Of a DNA stretch of 64,000 nucleotides, positions 41,755-55,285 are shown one piece after another. How positions within the stretch are numbered: position 1 is the first letter of the stretch; each line of letters starts with the position of its first letter. Source of the DNA: Paraspadella gotoi (taxonomy: Eukaryota > Animalia > Chaetognatha); the NCBI GenBank assembly GCA_051294375.1, contig CM119268.1:4921878-4985877 (forward strand), given 5' to 3'. A program made the position numbers and the translations under genes. The notes beneath the pieces are model-generated. The model was not told the origin of the DNA. It saw only the letters and a list, made by a program, of their open reading frames with translations, and ran no database searches.

Positions 41755-42724
41755 TCGATTGAAAGCATTCAGGGTCCTGCTACAACCCTCCATAGCCTGT
41801 TATTTACCGACTTAACAATTTTTACATTGGTTGATCAAATTTAAATACGTAATAATATATAAATATATTATAACAAGTTGGTTTCCCCCCCCCCGCGCCC
41901 TTCCTTCCGTCGACTTCGTCCTTACCCAAAACAATCTTAAGACTTTCCCTACCACCTCAAAGACCCGCCTTACTTACCTCATCGTAAAGTCCTTAGCTAT
42001 TACCAAAGATTCGCCCAACACCACAAGCTCGTTGATCGCATCCGCTTCGGCACGAGCGTCGTCCGAATAGAGAGGGCGCCACGGGACGGTGAGAGGGCGC
42101 CGGGGGACGGGAAGACGGCGTCGTCCACCGTCGACGATTCCGGCTGGAAGATAAAGACGAAAACGACCGACGAAAATGGGGAAACGAAAGAAGAAGAACA
42201 TATTTTCGATTTCGTTCTTTTGTGCAGCGGAGTTTATTCGAAACCTTTTGTGCCGGGTGAGTTATTTGTTTAAGATTTATTAGATAATTTTGAATGGTTG
42301 ATGGAGTCATTTTGAATCGTTCGATTTGTTAATTCTTGAATTGTAGGATTTATTTTAAAATTTCAGTTTTCGTGATGTATCTTTTGATTCATCTATTGAT
42401 TAATCTATTGATTAATCTATTTATTGATTAAATGATTATTTGATATATCATCGACGGTAAATCGTTGCTTGATTTCTGTTCTCTTTTTTTATTTCCAATA
42501 ACGCCCAGATATCCCCGGCCTCTCTTCCTTCGCCGGCCGCGTCATCCACTCGAACGAGTTCCGGCGCGCCGCCGATTTTTCCGGCGCCGATGTCGTCGTC
42601 GTCATCGGCGCGTCTCACTCGGCCGGCGACGTCGCCGTCGAGGCTTCGCGAGTCGTTGATCAAGTTTGGTTGAGCGCGAGGAATGGGACTTGGATAATAC
42701 CCAGGGCGGTGGGTAAAATGGGGA

Positions 42725-42807
<83 letters not shown>

Positions 42808-45487
42808 CTATATAACCCGACATACGATATCTCTCTCTCCCAACGCTACGTCGCAGGGTCCCGGCGGCGTTCCTGTCGACTTCTTCGCCCTGACGCGCTT
42901 CAATCAACTCTGGGTTCCAGAGTCTGTCCGCTCCTTCATCGGCGGGCGAACCCTCGACGGAAGGATCGGGCACGAGCGGTTTGGGCTGAAATCGACCCGA
43001 CCCCTCCTGCAGGGCAGCACCATGGTCAACGACGAGATTGTGGCGAGGATCCTGGCCGGAGAGGTGAGAAGCGGCGAGGTGGGATGTGGAGGATGAAACT
43101 GGGGCTGAGTAATTTTTTAAGATCTGAGGAAAGCCAGAAAGATTTAAGGTGCGACTGGGTGATGGGTAAACGAGACAGACTGACAGAAGGACGGATTGAA
43201 ATATCTGTTTCTGCCTTACTTGTTCATGCGGTCCAGTAGAAATATAGGTACGATTTAGCGCGACAATGTGACAATAAGGTAGGGTGAATAACTAGTATAA
43301 AAAATCAGAAGAAATAGGAACCGGTAAGTGACTACATTTATTTTTATTTGAAACATTGTGTTTTTTTTCCTTTCTGTTTCGTTGAAGAAGACTCGTATGT
43401 GAGTCGAAACATGTCCGTTTCACTATGAAATAAAAATCGTTGTTAAATCTCTCTTCATACTTTGTATTTGAAACATATAAATGCGGCAAAAATTCATAAC
43501 TTTTAATGTTTAAAAAATAAATTCCGAGCTATACCTTACAGTTAGGACTAAAATGCTTAGACGAATTCAAATTAAAAGTTTTTATATATATACAGTAAGT
43601 TATAAAACTTTTATTACTGACAGATAAAAGCTAAGCCAGACGTCAAACGTTTCACTCAAAATGGAATCGAATTCGTTGATGGAACGAAAGTAGAAAATGT
43701 CGACGTCGTCGTCTTCGCTACCGGGTAAGTCTCCGATACAGTCTGGACAACAGGGTGAGTTACGAGCGATTTTTAAATACGAAATTTAAATACGTGATTT
43801 TTATGCGCAGTTTCTATTTTTAAATGAAAATTATTGCCATAAATAATTACAACAATATAATTTCACAATTACTAATAAGTTTTATACAAGGTTTATAATC
43901 TCGCTTGCGGTAGTACATGATGAAAGCAATCATAACTTGACTTTTATTTCTTGCAAAATAAAAAAAAATTCAATAAAAAAGTATTAATGAGGTAAAACAA
44001 CAAATGTTTTCCTTCTCCTCCTTTATTAACAATTAATGTTAAAATAAAACGTTGATAACGTCGAATATATTTTTTATGATTCAGCTACACTCCGACCTGG
44101 TCGTACATCGACTCGAGTTTAGTTCCGTCCGGAGAAGAAAAAATGAATCTTTACGAATACGTTTTCCCGCCAAAATTGGGACGACATCCGACCCTGGCGG
44201 TCATAGGGAGCGCGACTGGACCAGGTTTTTTCCAAAAAAAATGTGTTTCATTGTTTTGGGTTTTTTTATCGAGCCATGACCGGCGAAGCCGGGTCAGGCT
44301 CTATAATGTTTTAGTATTGCTTCTTTGTGACGTAGTCGTCGTCTGTCGTCGTCGTCGTCGGCGTCACGCTTTTTTGTATAAAAACTACTGCGCTTTTATA
44401 GTTTTGGCTGGGACTTACCGTTTTTTTTTTAAATAATTATTATATGAATTATTATAAGTTTTACAAAGTGTGCGTCATAGTAAGTTAAAAATTTAGATAT
44501 GGCTTCTCAACTTGAAATAGCTTTGATATTTTTTTTAACATTTGGATTTAGTATTTTTTGTTTGAATTTCTTTCATTATGATTTACTGTATGCAAATGAG
44601 ATTATTGTTACTCATTATAATATCCAAATTAGTATATAGAATGCTTTAAGCTAATTTACATATTGCAGTATATAATATGAAGATGAAATTCAAAAATTTT
44701 TTTTAAATTTCTATAAAAATGGAACTCAAAGGATTTTTTTTAATGAGAAGCTTATTTAATTTTTAATACTAAAAATAAAATCTTTTACACAGCTGCGATT
44801 GGAAAAAATTGGAAAAGTTTTCAATTGTAAACCATTGTAACATTTTTTGCCTTTTTTTATTTATTTTTTAATTTATATATTTTTTTAGGCGCTGCCTTTT
44901 CTGGATCGTTTAAAAACGAGTTCAGTTTCTCTCTGTCTCTCTTTGTGTGCGATCTCTTGCGTGATCGTCTTTTTGAAAAATTTCTGATTATTTTTTCTTT
45001 CTAAAAACATATATTATTTGATCAGGCGCTGCCTTTTCTGAATCGTTTTAAAAAACGAGGTCAGGCTCTCTCTATCTCTCCCTCCGTCTCCTCCGTCTCT
45101 CTCTTCTCTCTTCTCTCTCTCTCTTCTCTCTCTTTTTTTTTCAAAAAAAATTATTCACTTTGTTTTACCACCGTTTTTGAAAAATTCTTATTATTTCTTT
45201 CCTTCTAAAAACTTTTATTATCGCCATTTATTCGCGCTTCTTTCTCATACAAAATCCCAAATTACATCTGAGATTTTCTGGATTTTTTTGAGAAAATGTG
45301 GAGATAACTTACTTGACCTGGATTTCGTGGCCGTTGCGGGCAACGAGTAACAATGTCGAGGAACATGACCTAATAACGGTTTTGATGGCAACGGAAACGT
45401 TACGTGTATAAAAAAAATCAACTTGACCGAGATCACGCCGATATAAACAAGAGTGTCCTAAATTGCGTATCGTTGGCGGGAAAACTT

Positions 45488-45518
<31 letters not shown>

Positions 45519-45558
45519 ACAAAAAAAATTTTATGTCACGTTGTAAAACGAGTTCCGG

Positions 45559-45590
<32 letters not shown>

Positions 45591-46503
45591 CTATCTGTCT
45601 CTCTCTCTCTTTCTCTCTTTCTATCTCTTTTTTTTGTACAAAAATATTTTTAGTCACCTTTTTTCACCTCCGTCATTATACGAGTTCCGGCTCTCTCTAT
45701 CTCTCTTCCTCTTTATTTAAAAAAAAAAAAAATTTTTTAGTCTACTTTTTTTTTCACCAGGCGACGAGTAACGAGTAACGAGTTCCGGCTCTGTTCAGCT
45801 TTTTTTCTTCTCTCTCTTCTCTCTCTCTCAATTTACCATCGTTCGTTTTTTGAAAAATTCTTATTATTTTTTTCCTTCTAAAAATTTTATTATCGCCATT
45901 TTTTTTTTTCTCTATACAAAATCCCAAATTTACATCCGAGATTTCATGGATTCATTTTAAGAATGCAGGCAATGTCACATGTACATCAGCTTGCTGCTGT
46001 ACATATAGCTGTATATGTCCGGCAATTGCGGATTAATTTAATTGCATATATTACTTTCTACCAAAAAAATTTTTTGTTTTTGTTTATTACTGTAACTTTG
46101 GACCGGTCGGCCACTATTGGAAATTATATCTAAAATAGGAGTTGAGAAGAGAGATATTGTCAAATTACATACTTTTTTGTTATTCTACAATTTTACAATT
46201 TTAAAATTGTAAATTTTTTTAGTGTATATATTTAATCATTTTTATTCTTTTTTAAATAATAATATTGTTTGTTGGGATAAATATTTATAAATTAGTTAAT
46301 ATGCAATATGAAATTTGACCTCGGTCTGGTTTCTTCTTAAAAAAAAAGAACAATCTAAAATTTCATTCAAGATTAAAACTTTTTTAAGATGAGGACATAA
46401 AATTTTTTTTGATAAGTAAAAAATATTAGAAAGGAAAAGAGTTCGCCTACTCAGATACGTCAAAAACGAGTTCAGCTCTGCAGGGCGGTCCAGCTTCTCT
46501 CTA

Positions 46504-46538
<35 letters not shown>

Positions 46539-48095
46539 CTCTTTTTTCTTTCTATTTATTCCGCGCTTTTTTCTCAATACAAAATCCCAAATTTACATCC
46601 GAGATTTTCGTGAATTTTTTTTCAAAATTTTGATTATCTTTTATATAACGAGAGTGAAAACTGACAGCTCTCTCTCATCTTTCTCTCTCTCTCTCTCTTT
46701 CATTCTTTTATTTAGATAATGATTTCATCGTCAATGAATGACTATCATCGCATCATGAATGATTATCATCATATCCAATGATTATCATCACATCAATGAA
46801 TGACTATCATCGCATCAATCTTTGTTATATTCACATCAGTTATTTTGTTATCATCGCATCAATATTGGTTATCATCGCATCAATATTTGTATTATCGCAT
46901 CCAATATCTGGTTACCATCGAAGCGGCTCGATCCCTATTGCTTTTAAGATTTTTTTTTTATAATTTACTCTTACCACTTCTAAAAGTCTTACCAACTTAC
47001 CTTATTCCAAAGAGTATAAATTTAATTTTGTTAGTCTTGTTAATACATTTTAAATTCATAAGTGCAATAAATGGAGGATTTAATGATTGAATTAAAACAG
47101 TAAATTAAATATTACATAAAATATTAAACTTCAACTATTTAAAGTCAAATTATATAAAGATTTAAATTGAAACAGTAAAAAATATTATTGATATCAGGTA
47201 GGGAAATATTCTTGAATTATTTAAATTAAGAAAGTTTTGATTGAAAGCTCGCTTGCTTAGCCAGGAGTCAGAAGGAAAGACTTAGCTCGTTTATTGAATG
47301 TATGGATAATTTTTCTAAAGGCTGTATCTCTCTGACTTCCCCTGCCTCAGGCGCCCACGGACCCGTGATAGAAATGCAATGCCGATGGGCCACCCGGATA
47401 TTCAACCGTGAAATCCATCTTCCTTCTCCGGATGTAATGAGGCAACACGTTCGACGGGAGAAGGCGGAGACCCTGGCGAGATTCGGCAGACCGAGAGCGG
47501 CCGTACTGATGATTCCTTACCTGGACAGAATTGCCTCTTACGTCGGGTGCAGACCTAATTTGGTCAAGTTGGCGCTCACTGATCCGAGATTGGCTTTCAA
47601 GTTAGTAAATGAATATATGAAATTGGTACAACCAATATAAAAATTATCCATTCATTTAATAAATAAGCTATCTTGCCCCTGACTTTGGACAGGCTTTGCT
47701 ACAGTAGATAAAATTACAATTTGAAGTTCTTAAATTTTGCTTAAAAATAAATATAAAAAAGTATACGACAAAAATTAAATAAATCATAAATTATCAATAG
47801 ATATACAAAAAAAAAAAAAGAAACCTAGACTGTTTAAACATTAAACTTTTTTGTCAGCATTTTATTCGGTCCCTGCGTGTCGCCGATTTATCGCTTGACG
47901 GGCCCTAACCCATGGCCTGGAGCCCGCGATGCCATTTTATCCGCGAAATACAACACAGCGGCGCCGACAATGACTCGTAGTGTTGGATCTACAAACTATA
48001 AAAACAAAGGCGTCAAAACTTTCGAATTTACGTTTTTATTTGCTTGCTTGTTAGCTTGTTTCTCCGTGGCCCTTTATAATTTATTACATGTTTGA
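41193..48095 (+). CDS. FMO: Flavin-containing monooxygenase (class B, FMO5-like), ~558 aa, 8 exons, C-terminal membrane anchor
   Basis: Exons 41193-41418, 41942-42256, 42509-42708, 42857-43063, 43624-43724, 44085-44224, 47351-47600, 47858-48095 total 1677 nt in frame. Motifs: [29 protein letters not shown] fingerprint [44 protein letters not shown], hydrophobic tail [16 protein letters not shown]. Confidence 0.95.
44262..46952 (+). mobile_element. Large HINE-like composite element in FMO intron 6 with internal repeats
   Basis: Sub-TIR ATCGAGCC (44268-75) / GGCTCGAT (46925-32); T-run ends; 5' hairpin. Internal repeated units TACAAAATCCCAAATTTACATCCGAGATTT (~45248, 45915, 46578) and AACGAGTTC(C/A)G(G)CTCT. 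Confidence 0.5.
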
Positions 48096-49566
48096 TCTTT
48101 CCCTCTATTAAATTAAAATTAAAACATTTTAGATCTTGTAACGCTTTTGCGCATAAGTGGCGTTGTCGGCGTTCCAAATTATAGATCGCCTTTTTCATGA
48201 TTTAATTTGTGTGTATGAAGCTGAAAATTTCTATTCAACTTCTCATCATTGGTGTCCTTAAAATTGGGACAGTTATTAAATATATTTTGTTTACGTTTTA
48301 TCAAAACAAACAAATATCCTTTATTTTATTTTTATGTCTCCTTCTCTATCTCTGTTCTCTTTAATTATATGTAGCTATCTCTCTCTTTTCCCCAGTGCTG
48401 ATTCATCGGAAAATAAAAAACGAGTCTGCAGCTGGCTCTGCAGGGGCTCTTTCTTTTTCTCTCTTTTCTCCTGCTGCTTCTGCCTTTTGATTTTTTTTCT
48501 GACTGCCTCTGCTGCTGCCGCTGCTGATTCGTCCACAAACGATTTGGCCTCTCTCTCTCTCCAATTTTATTTTAAAAAAAATTGAATTAGGATTGAACTC
48601 ATAAAATTAGGCATCGCATTCGTGCATGTTATCATTTTGCTATCGCAACATCGGGTTTTTATTTCGTTTTTATTTCTCTCTCTCTGTCTCTTTATGCAAT
48701 TGCGACGATCCTTATGCTTTTAAGATTTTTCATTTATCTTTTATGTAACCTCAACTAAAAAAATATGATTCGTAATCTTATCTAAAAATAAATATGTTAT
48801 GGTAAAATACTGAATAAAAGTTTGTTGGTCAATTATGTAGTAAATGACTAGAGCGTAGAGATGGTTTATTTTTGATCTAAAATTAATATTTTAAGCAATT
48901 CTAAGCAAGTTATACAAAGAACGAGTTTTAAAAATCTATAGAACAAAATAACAAAAAAACAACTAACTACGTATATTAATTGTATTTTCACTATTGAGAG
49001 GCAGGGCAAGTACAAAAACGATATTTTTTTGCCAAATATTCCGACTTATTTTTTAATTCTCTTCACTGATTTTGAAATCGTGAATTAGTTTTTTCTTTTT
49101 TTTCCCCCCGACATAGTTTTAATTACTGAAGCATTGTTGAAATCTGGAGTTTGGGCACAGTATTCGTAGCGTTTGCTGATGCCAGGGTGGTGCCATTGTT
49201 TTTTGGCGATTGCCTTTTCGTCTTCTGTCCATCTTGCTTTGGAAGCTTCTATACGTCTGGCTAACGTAGATCGATTTAGATGAGCAAGGGCATCGAAACT
49301 TTCCACCCCTCCCGAGTTCAGGATGCGAGCGGTTTTTGCTACATAGTATGTCTTTTAATTTTGTTGCAGAGGTAAAGCATGTATTTACTCCGGCCATAGT
49401 TTTTGTACTTGCACTGCCTCTCCATAGTGAAAATACTATTAATACTTAAATACTACTCAGTGCATGTGACGACTTTTAAAGAACAACTAACTGCTTTTGC
49501 GATATCATTAATATCTTAATGATAACTAATTTAGCCTTTCGACGAGGCTAATCTACAATACAGACT

Positions 49567-52147
49567 TTACACTGGAAACGCAAGCAATAAATAATCTTTG
49601 AGTCTTTCCGGCAAAACCAATTCCCCGACGGTTCCCTCGTCCGGGACTCGAAGCGCCTTTCGAATAGCGACCCTGCAAGTGTTCTTCAGGGAACGATGGT
49701 GATTGGTTGAGTAGTAGGTGTTCAGCCAATCGTAAACGCCCCTGCGTTTTCTAGCACGGGAAGAGGCCGTCGGATCATCGTCATTTTCGTCGCCCTTGAG
49801 AAGTTTCATGTCGTCATGATGCGGCGTCTTTATTGGTTGAAATCCTTAAGTTGGAACGGGGATAGGGATTTTAGTTTGATCTTGATGGCTTATTGATACG
49901 AGGTTCTCTAACATGCCCCCTTAGGGCCTTTTTTTTTCCCAGAACGCCCACTAATAATGCTTACCTAAGAGCGCGAGTAGAGGAAGCAATCTCAGGGAAG
50001 AACAATGCGATTGACAAAGTATGGAGATGCAGGTCTCGGGTGGCGATCGGCTGGCGAAGGAAATGTCTTCGATCTTGCCGTGGTAGGATCTGTGTTGAAG
50101 GAGTTGGAAAACGAGATTTGATTTAAAGCAAATGTAGTTTAATACTTAATAGTTATTAGTATTCTAAAGGAAATTACGTTTTTTCGTCTATTTTAAATTT
50201 TCTAAAAAATTATAAAACTGATGATGATATTTTAACTAACAGAATTAAAAAAGAAGAATGATAAGAATAACAAGTTTGAGCAAACAATATCGGATCTGCC
50301 TACGATCATTATCGGTAATTAAATAATTAATAAATTCAAGTTAATTAATTAATTAGTCAATTAATTAATTAACTTGATCAGAAATATTTGTTTTGATTGA
50401 TTAATTGACTGATTAATTAATAATTGATTAATTAATTGACTAATTGATTAATTTACTGATTAATTATTTGATTAATTTATACATCTTGCATTTACATTTA
50501 ATATAAAAAGAAAAAGAAGCAATCAATTAGTGAAACAGGTTTTTTGTTTTTTTCTATTTAAACTTATTTCCATTCAAACATTTTCCATCGAAACTTAATT
50601 TCCCGCTTAATCACACACATAAAAAATTTCAGGTTAATTGCCCCATTCATTAATGAGTAATTGGTGTTCAAATAGTAAAATATATATATTTTTTTCTATT
50701 TAAACTCATTTCCACTCAGACGATTCCATCGAAACTTCATATCCAGCTCAATCATACATTTCCCTAACCACATACAAAATTTCATTCCAATCCATCCATC
50801 CAATCACGAGTAATTGGTTTTTTTTGTTGAGGTGGGATGGACGGACGGACAGACAGACATCGTTTTTTTCCATAACTTATCATAATTCAATGTTCTGACA
50901 TAAAATAAGTTAATACCTGACAAGATTCAGGGGGCGGACCGACGGACCGACAAAGTGAATTATAGAGTCGGGATCTGCTTATAAGCAGATCCGACTAAAA
51001 AATTAGTTCCTTGTCTCAATATCATGACTGTGGACTAAAATCCACCGTTCATCAGCTGTCATTGATGCAGGAGGCTACTCATTCGCCTCCAAACCCGGAG
51101 GTCCGGGGTTCTAGCCCGGTGGCCGACTAGTATTTAAGAGGGATAGGCCGCTAAATCCGCCTGTTATACTGTTTTCTTTGTTACAGCCTGATCCGAAGCT
51201 TATATTGAACAGCTCTGTCTCTAATTCATAACAATTATTCTGTCTCTTCACAACGAAAATAATGACAAAAAATGATTTTAACGCGCCTTGATAGAAAGAT
51301 GTATACCGTTTTCATGTTAAAAAAAATCTTATTCCTCAATAAAGCAATAAATTTATTTTTCTCAACCGCGTCTTATGATCTCACCGCAAGATGTTGTACG
51401 CCAAATCAGAGTTTTGCACGTAATGATAAAACAATTGGTTTTGGTCCAAAAGCTTCCTGGGGCCGTAGCCCAGCGCCATATCGGAACCCATGAGGATGAG
51501 GGCCCGCATGCAAGAGAAGGAGCAGTTATTGATGGCTTGACTGAGAAAGAATTTAATGGGAGTCGTCATTAGTTATTTTTTTTATCTCGTCATTCGTGAA
51601 TTTTTTAATGGAAAGCCCTATGATGAATATTCGTGTAATGTATCTAGCGCTGCGTCAGCCAGCTGTTCTATAAAGAGTTTGCACGATTTCTTAAACGTTT
51701 TATTTTTTTTTTCAAAGTACTGCAATTTGGAAAACTTTTCATTGAGCAAAGCATTTTAAAATTTACATGCTATAACAGTATAATAACAGAATAGCTGACT
51801 GTCCCTTATACATTTGAACGCCGTTTGTTAAAGAATAATAATATTTATAATCAATGATACCTTTTTGGCCCCCGACAATCACGCACACAAAAACAGAATC
51901 TAACGAGAACTTAATGAAAATATGGTAAATATTGACATACAACCCCTCACCTCAAGGCTTGATTGTCGCCGTATTGTGTGACAGATAATCTTAAAAGATT
52001 TTGTCTCTCCTGCGGTGAGAGGGTCTTGAGATAGAGATGGAGTCCTGGGCCGTCGTCATGAAGGATAAACCCCATCACAATCTCTTTTGGATCGTTGGAG
52101 GCCATGGCGTTTTCCTTCAAGAGGTCCATTATTGCTGAGGACGCCAT
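49567..52147 (-). CDS. SOCS-box protein (ASB-like, degenerate ankyrin-like segment), ~251 aa, 4 exons
   Basis: Phase-compatible exons 52147-51951, 51540-51385, 50089-49965, 49844-49567 total 756 nt. The C-terminus RSLKNTCRVAIRKAL...LVLPERLKDYLL fits a BC box plus Cul5 box. ALSQAINNCSFSCMRALILMGSD is ankyrin-like. Confidence 0.8.
50935..51002 (-). mobile_element. HINE-like 5' terminus with a perfect 22-bp palindrome
   Basis: Minus strand TTTTTAGTCGGATCTGCTTATAAGCAGATCCCGACTCTATA...GTCGGTCCGTCGGTCC; palindrome at 50971-50992. Confidence 0.5.
51055..51128 (+). mobile_element. tRNA-like SINE head in a SOCS-box gene intron
   Basis: A-box-like TGATGCAGGAGG and B-box-like GGTTCTAGCCC (51107-17) at tRNA spacing. 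Confidence 0.4.
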
Positions 52148-53157
52148 ATTCTTAGAGATTGTTGATTCTTTCCTACTTCGCGCGAATTTATCGATTTTTA
52201 GTTTTTTAGTAATTTAGATTTCTTGACAACGGTGCTTTGGAGATATTGAGATATGGAAGAGATATGGAAGGCGACTTATACAAATGGCTGCGAAACAAAC
52301 AGGAACCCTGTAAATGTACTATATTTTTCTAATATTTGCGTTGGGAATGTTCGATTCGTGACTAGAGGTAGATTCGTGGTTTTGTCTTGGTCTCTCTCGA
52401 CCAATTTATAACATATCGTGACTCCTGACTCGAAATGTCAGTCGTTATTGCCAGACATTAAGAAATCGTAATTAAAGAAAAGGGAATCGAATTTGGGCGG
52501 CGACGACTCCGTCTGACATCTCGCGTCCAACGGCAGAAAACGAGGAGGTACACAATGAGATTAAGGAGCAGAACCACCACTTGGCCACTTCGTCCTCACT
52601 TCGTCACGTCCGGGGCACGTTTCAATGGCGGAACACTGTTTTTTTTTGGGGGGGGGGCGGCATCGTTCGTTCCCGTTACTGATTCGATTCAACCATCATC
52701 TGGTATGTTAATTACTTTTTGAAAGATTTTTTATTGTGGACGCGATCTCAAATTCAAAGCGCTGTTTGACTGTTAAGCACAACAAAAATACAAATTACTT
52801 TTGGGTAATTTAATGTTAATTATACCTTGCTGCAGTGGAATTATCCAAAAAGATAATAAAAACTGGGCACAGAATAAATTATTGAAGAAAAATCTTTTGT
52901 TTCTGATTTTGAACAGTGTATTTAGAATCGAGCATTATATATTATTATGTTTCGTAATAATTTGTTCAGTTAATAAATTTTTTTTACCCAAATTATGCAC
53001 TAAATCAAAAGGTGATGTTTGACACACAAATGTTTACAATTGAAAGTTTTAGCAAAATTTGATACAAATTCTACACCAGAAATTTTGGGGGGATTTTACT
53101 AGAGATTTGGGATATTTTCTTTTATTAACCCCGACAATGAAATATATATTGGTTATA

Positions 53158-54008
53158 CAGTGTGTCCCAATGGTACTGTCTATTAACTTTTACATATCGA
53201 GCGTAACTGTGTTGTTAAATTTTATTTTTTAGATAACAATGTCAAAGATAAGTCCTTACCATTTATGATACCATTTTTATTATATTTCGAATTCAATTTT
53301 TTTAAATTTTTCTTTGCAAAACATTCAATTTAAATGAGTCTTCATTTTTCTTTTTTTTTATTTTAAAAAAAATTTTAATAAAGAAATTACATTAAAAAAA
53401 TTTTACATTGATATAAATTATTTAAATTTTAATTTCTATAAAATAAGTGTATTAATAAAAAGAAATAAATAAATATTAAAAAAATATAAAAATTATGAAA
53501 AATATGTTAATTAATTTGATATTTCAATTCTATTATTTGAAGTTGTAAGCGATTGAATAATTAAGCCAGAACAAAATGGTTGCTATTTATTGAATAAATT
53601 ATTATTAAATCAATTAAAAAAGTAATATAAACAAGGAAAGTAGATTATTTTAAAAATAATAATTACTGCATTATAAAGGCTATGTAGCTAAAAATATGAG
53701 TTAGTTTCTTACTGTCTTGCATCTAAAAAAAAGATTTAAAATATTATTTACTCAATATTATAAAAAGGTATTTGATAAATATTAGAAAATATATAATTTA
53801 ATGATTTTTTAAAAAAAATAAAAAAATAAAAATTTACCGATTGCTTTATGTAATAACTTCAAGTTTGCTTTGGTAATTTTTTAAAATATAGGTATCCTAT
53901 AAAATGGTCCATACTTGTGCGCTTATTAATTATAATGAATTAAAGTTTTTCGATCTAGTATAAGAGCAGTAAGCTTTTCTTAACCGACAGTACCATTGGG
54001 ACTGACTG
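53158..54008. mobile_element. Tc1/mariner-type non-autonomous element (MITE), 851 bp
   Basis: 23-bp TIRs CAGTGTGTCCCAATGGTACTGTC (53158-80) / GACAGTACCATTGGGACTGACTG (53986-54008), 21/23 match. TA on both sides; AT-rich interior without an ORF. Confidence 0.85.
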
Positions 54009-54529
54009 TATATATGTATATATATTGGTTGAACCAATTTCATAAATCAAATAAATAATTGACTATTTACTATTGTAAACTTAGATTATTGTTAATTCAT
54101 CGTAACTCAGTATCAAAGTATACAATTTTAACGTTCAATTTCAAGTAACGCTCTCCTATAACATGTGTGTAACTGTGTATCGATTGACGAACTTCAAACT
54201 TGAAACCATTAACGGGAAATTGTTAATAGAAACGTTAATCTCGTTAATATTTCCCCGGTTCTCCCTCGGGTTCATCGCTCCAACTCTTGGCAACTCTTTC
54301 AAACATTTTCAAGTAATTCTTTTTTTTTCCTCGAAAAATAATTTTCCCAAATCATCCATCACTGCTGCTTTTCGTCGAAGTTCTTCAAGAAATATTTCCT
54401 CTCTCTCTCTCTCTCTCTCTTTTTCTCTCTTTCTTTCTCTCTCTCTTTCCGCTGAGAGAGACGGGCCTCCCGGCGGCGGCATCCATTTTTAACGATTGTG
54501 AGAGATGATGACTTCACCTCTCTCTCTCT

Positions 54530-54576
<47 letters not shown>

Positions 54577-55227
54577 CGCGCGCCGCCGCTGCTCACAACA
54601 GGGAGAGAGAATTTTTCCTACTTTTTTCTGTTGAACTCGAGAATTGAATTTCATCCCTTCACTTTTTCTTCGTCCAGAGCCTCGCAGGCTAAAAACGGGA
54701 GGACGGGCCAGATACACACACACACACACACTCGCTCTCTCTCTCTTTCTTGTGTGATGTTTTCGAGTGAATATTCAAAACCGAAGAGTAATTAACATAT
54801 TTTCGACGCGTTTTAGCATCGTTTTAAAAATAAAAGTACTCGCCGACTGGGAGTAAAGAACAAAAAAAATATCGTGCTTCCGACTATAAAATATTATTAA
54901 AAACATTAATTAATAAATAATCACGACTCGGATTATATCACGAAATTAGACCCTCGCCGCGACCCAAGCGAATTTTTTATAAGCTTCACCAGGAATGACT
55001 CTCTCTCAACCGCGTCTCTCTATTCACCTTCTTAGGCGACGAGAAAGTAAAAAGTGGATTACGGTTAATCGCATATAAGGTCGCTCTCTCTCTCTCTCTC
55101 TCTCTGGGCGTTGCTGTGACGCAGCCCCGGCTCCGGCTGTGGCCCGACTGGGGCTGCCGAGGCTGTTGCGTGGAGAGAGGGAGAACGAGAGAGAGAGAGT
55201 TCTAAATTCTTCCTCGCATTCCTCTCG

Positions 55228-55285
<58 letters not shown>

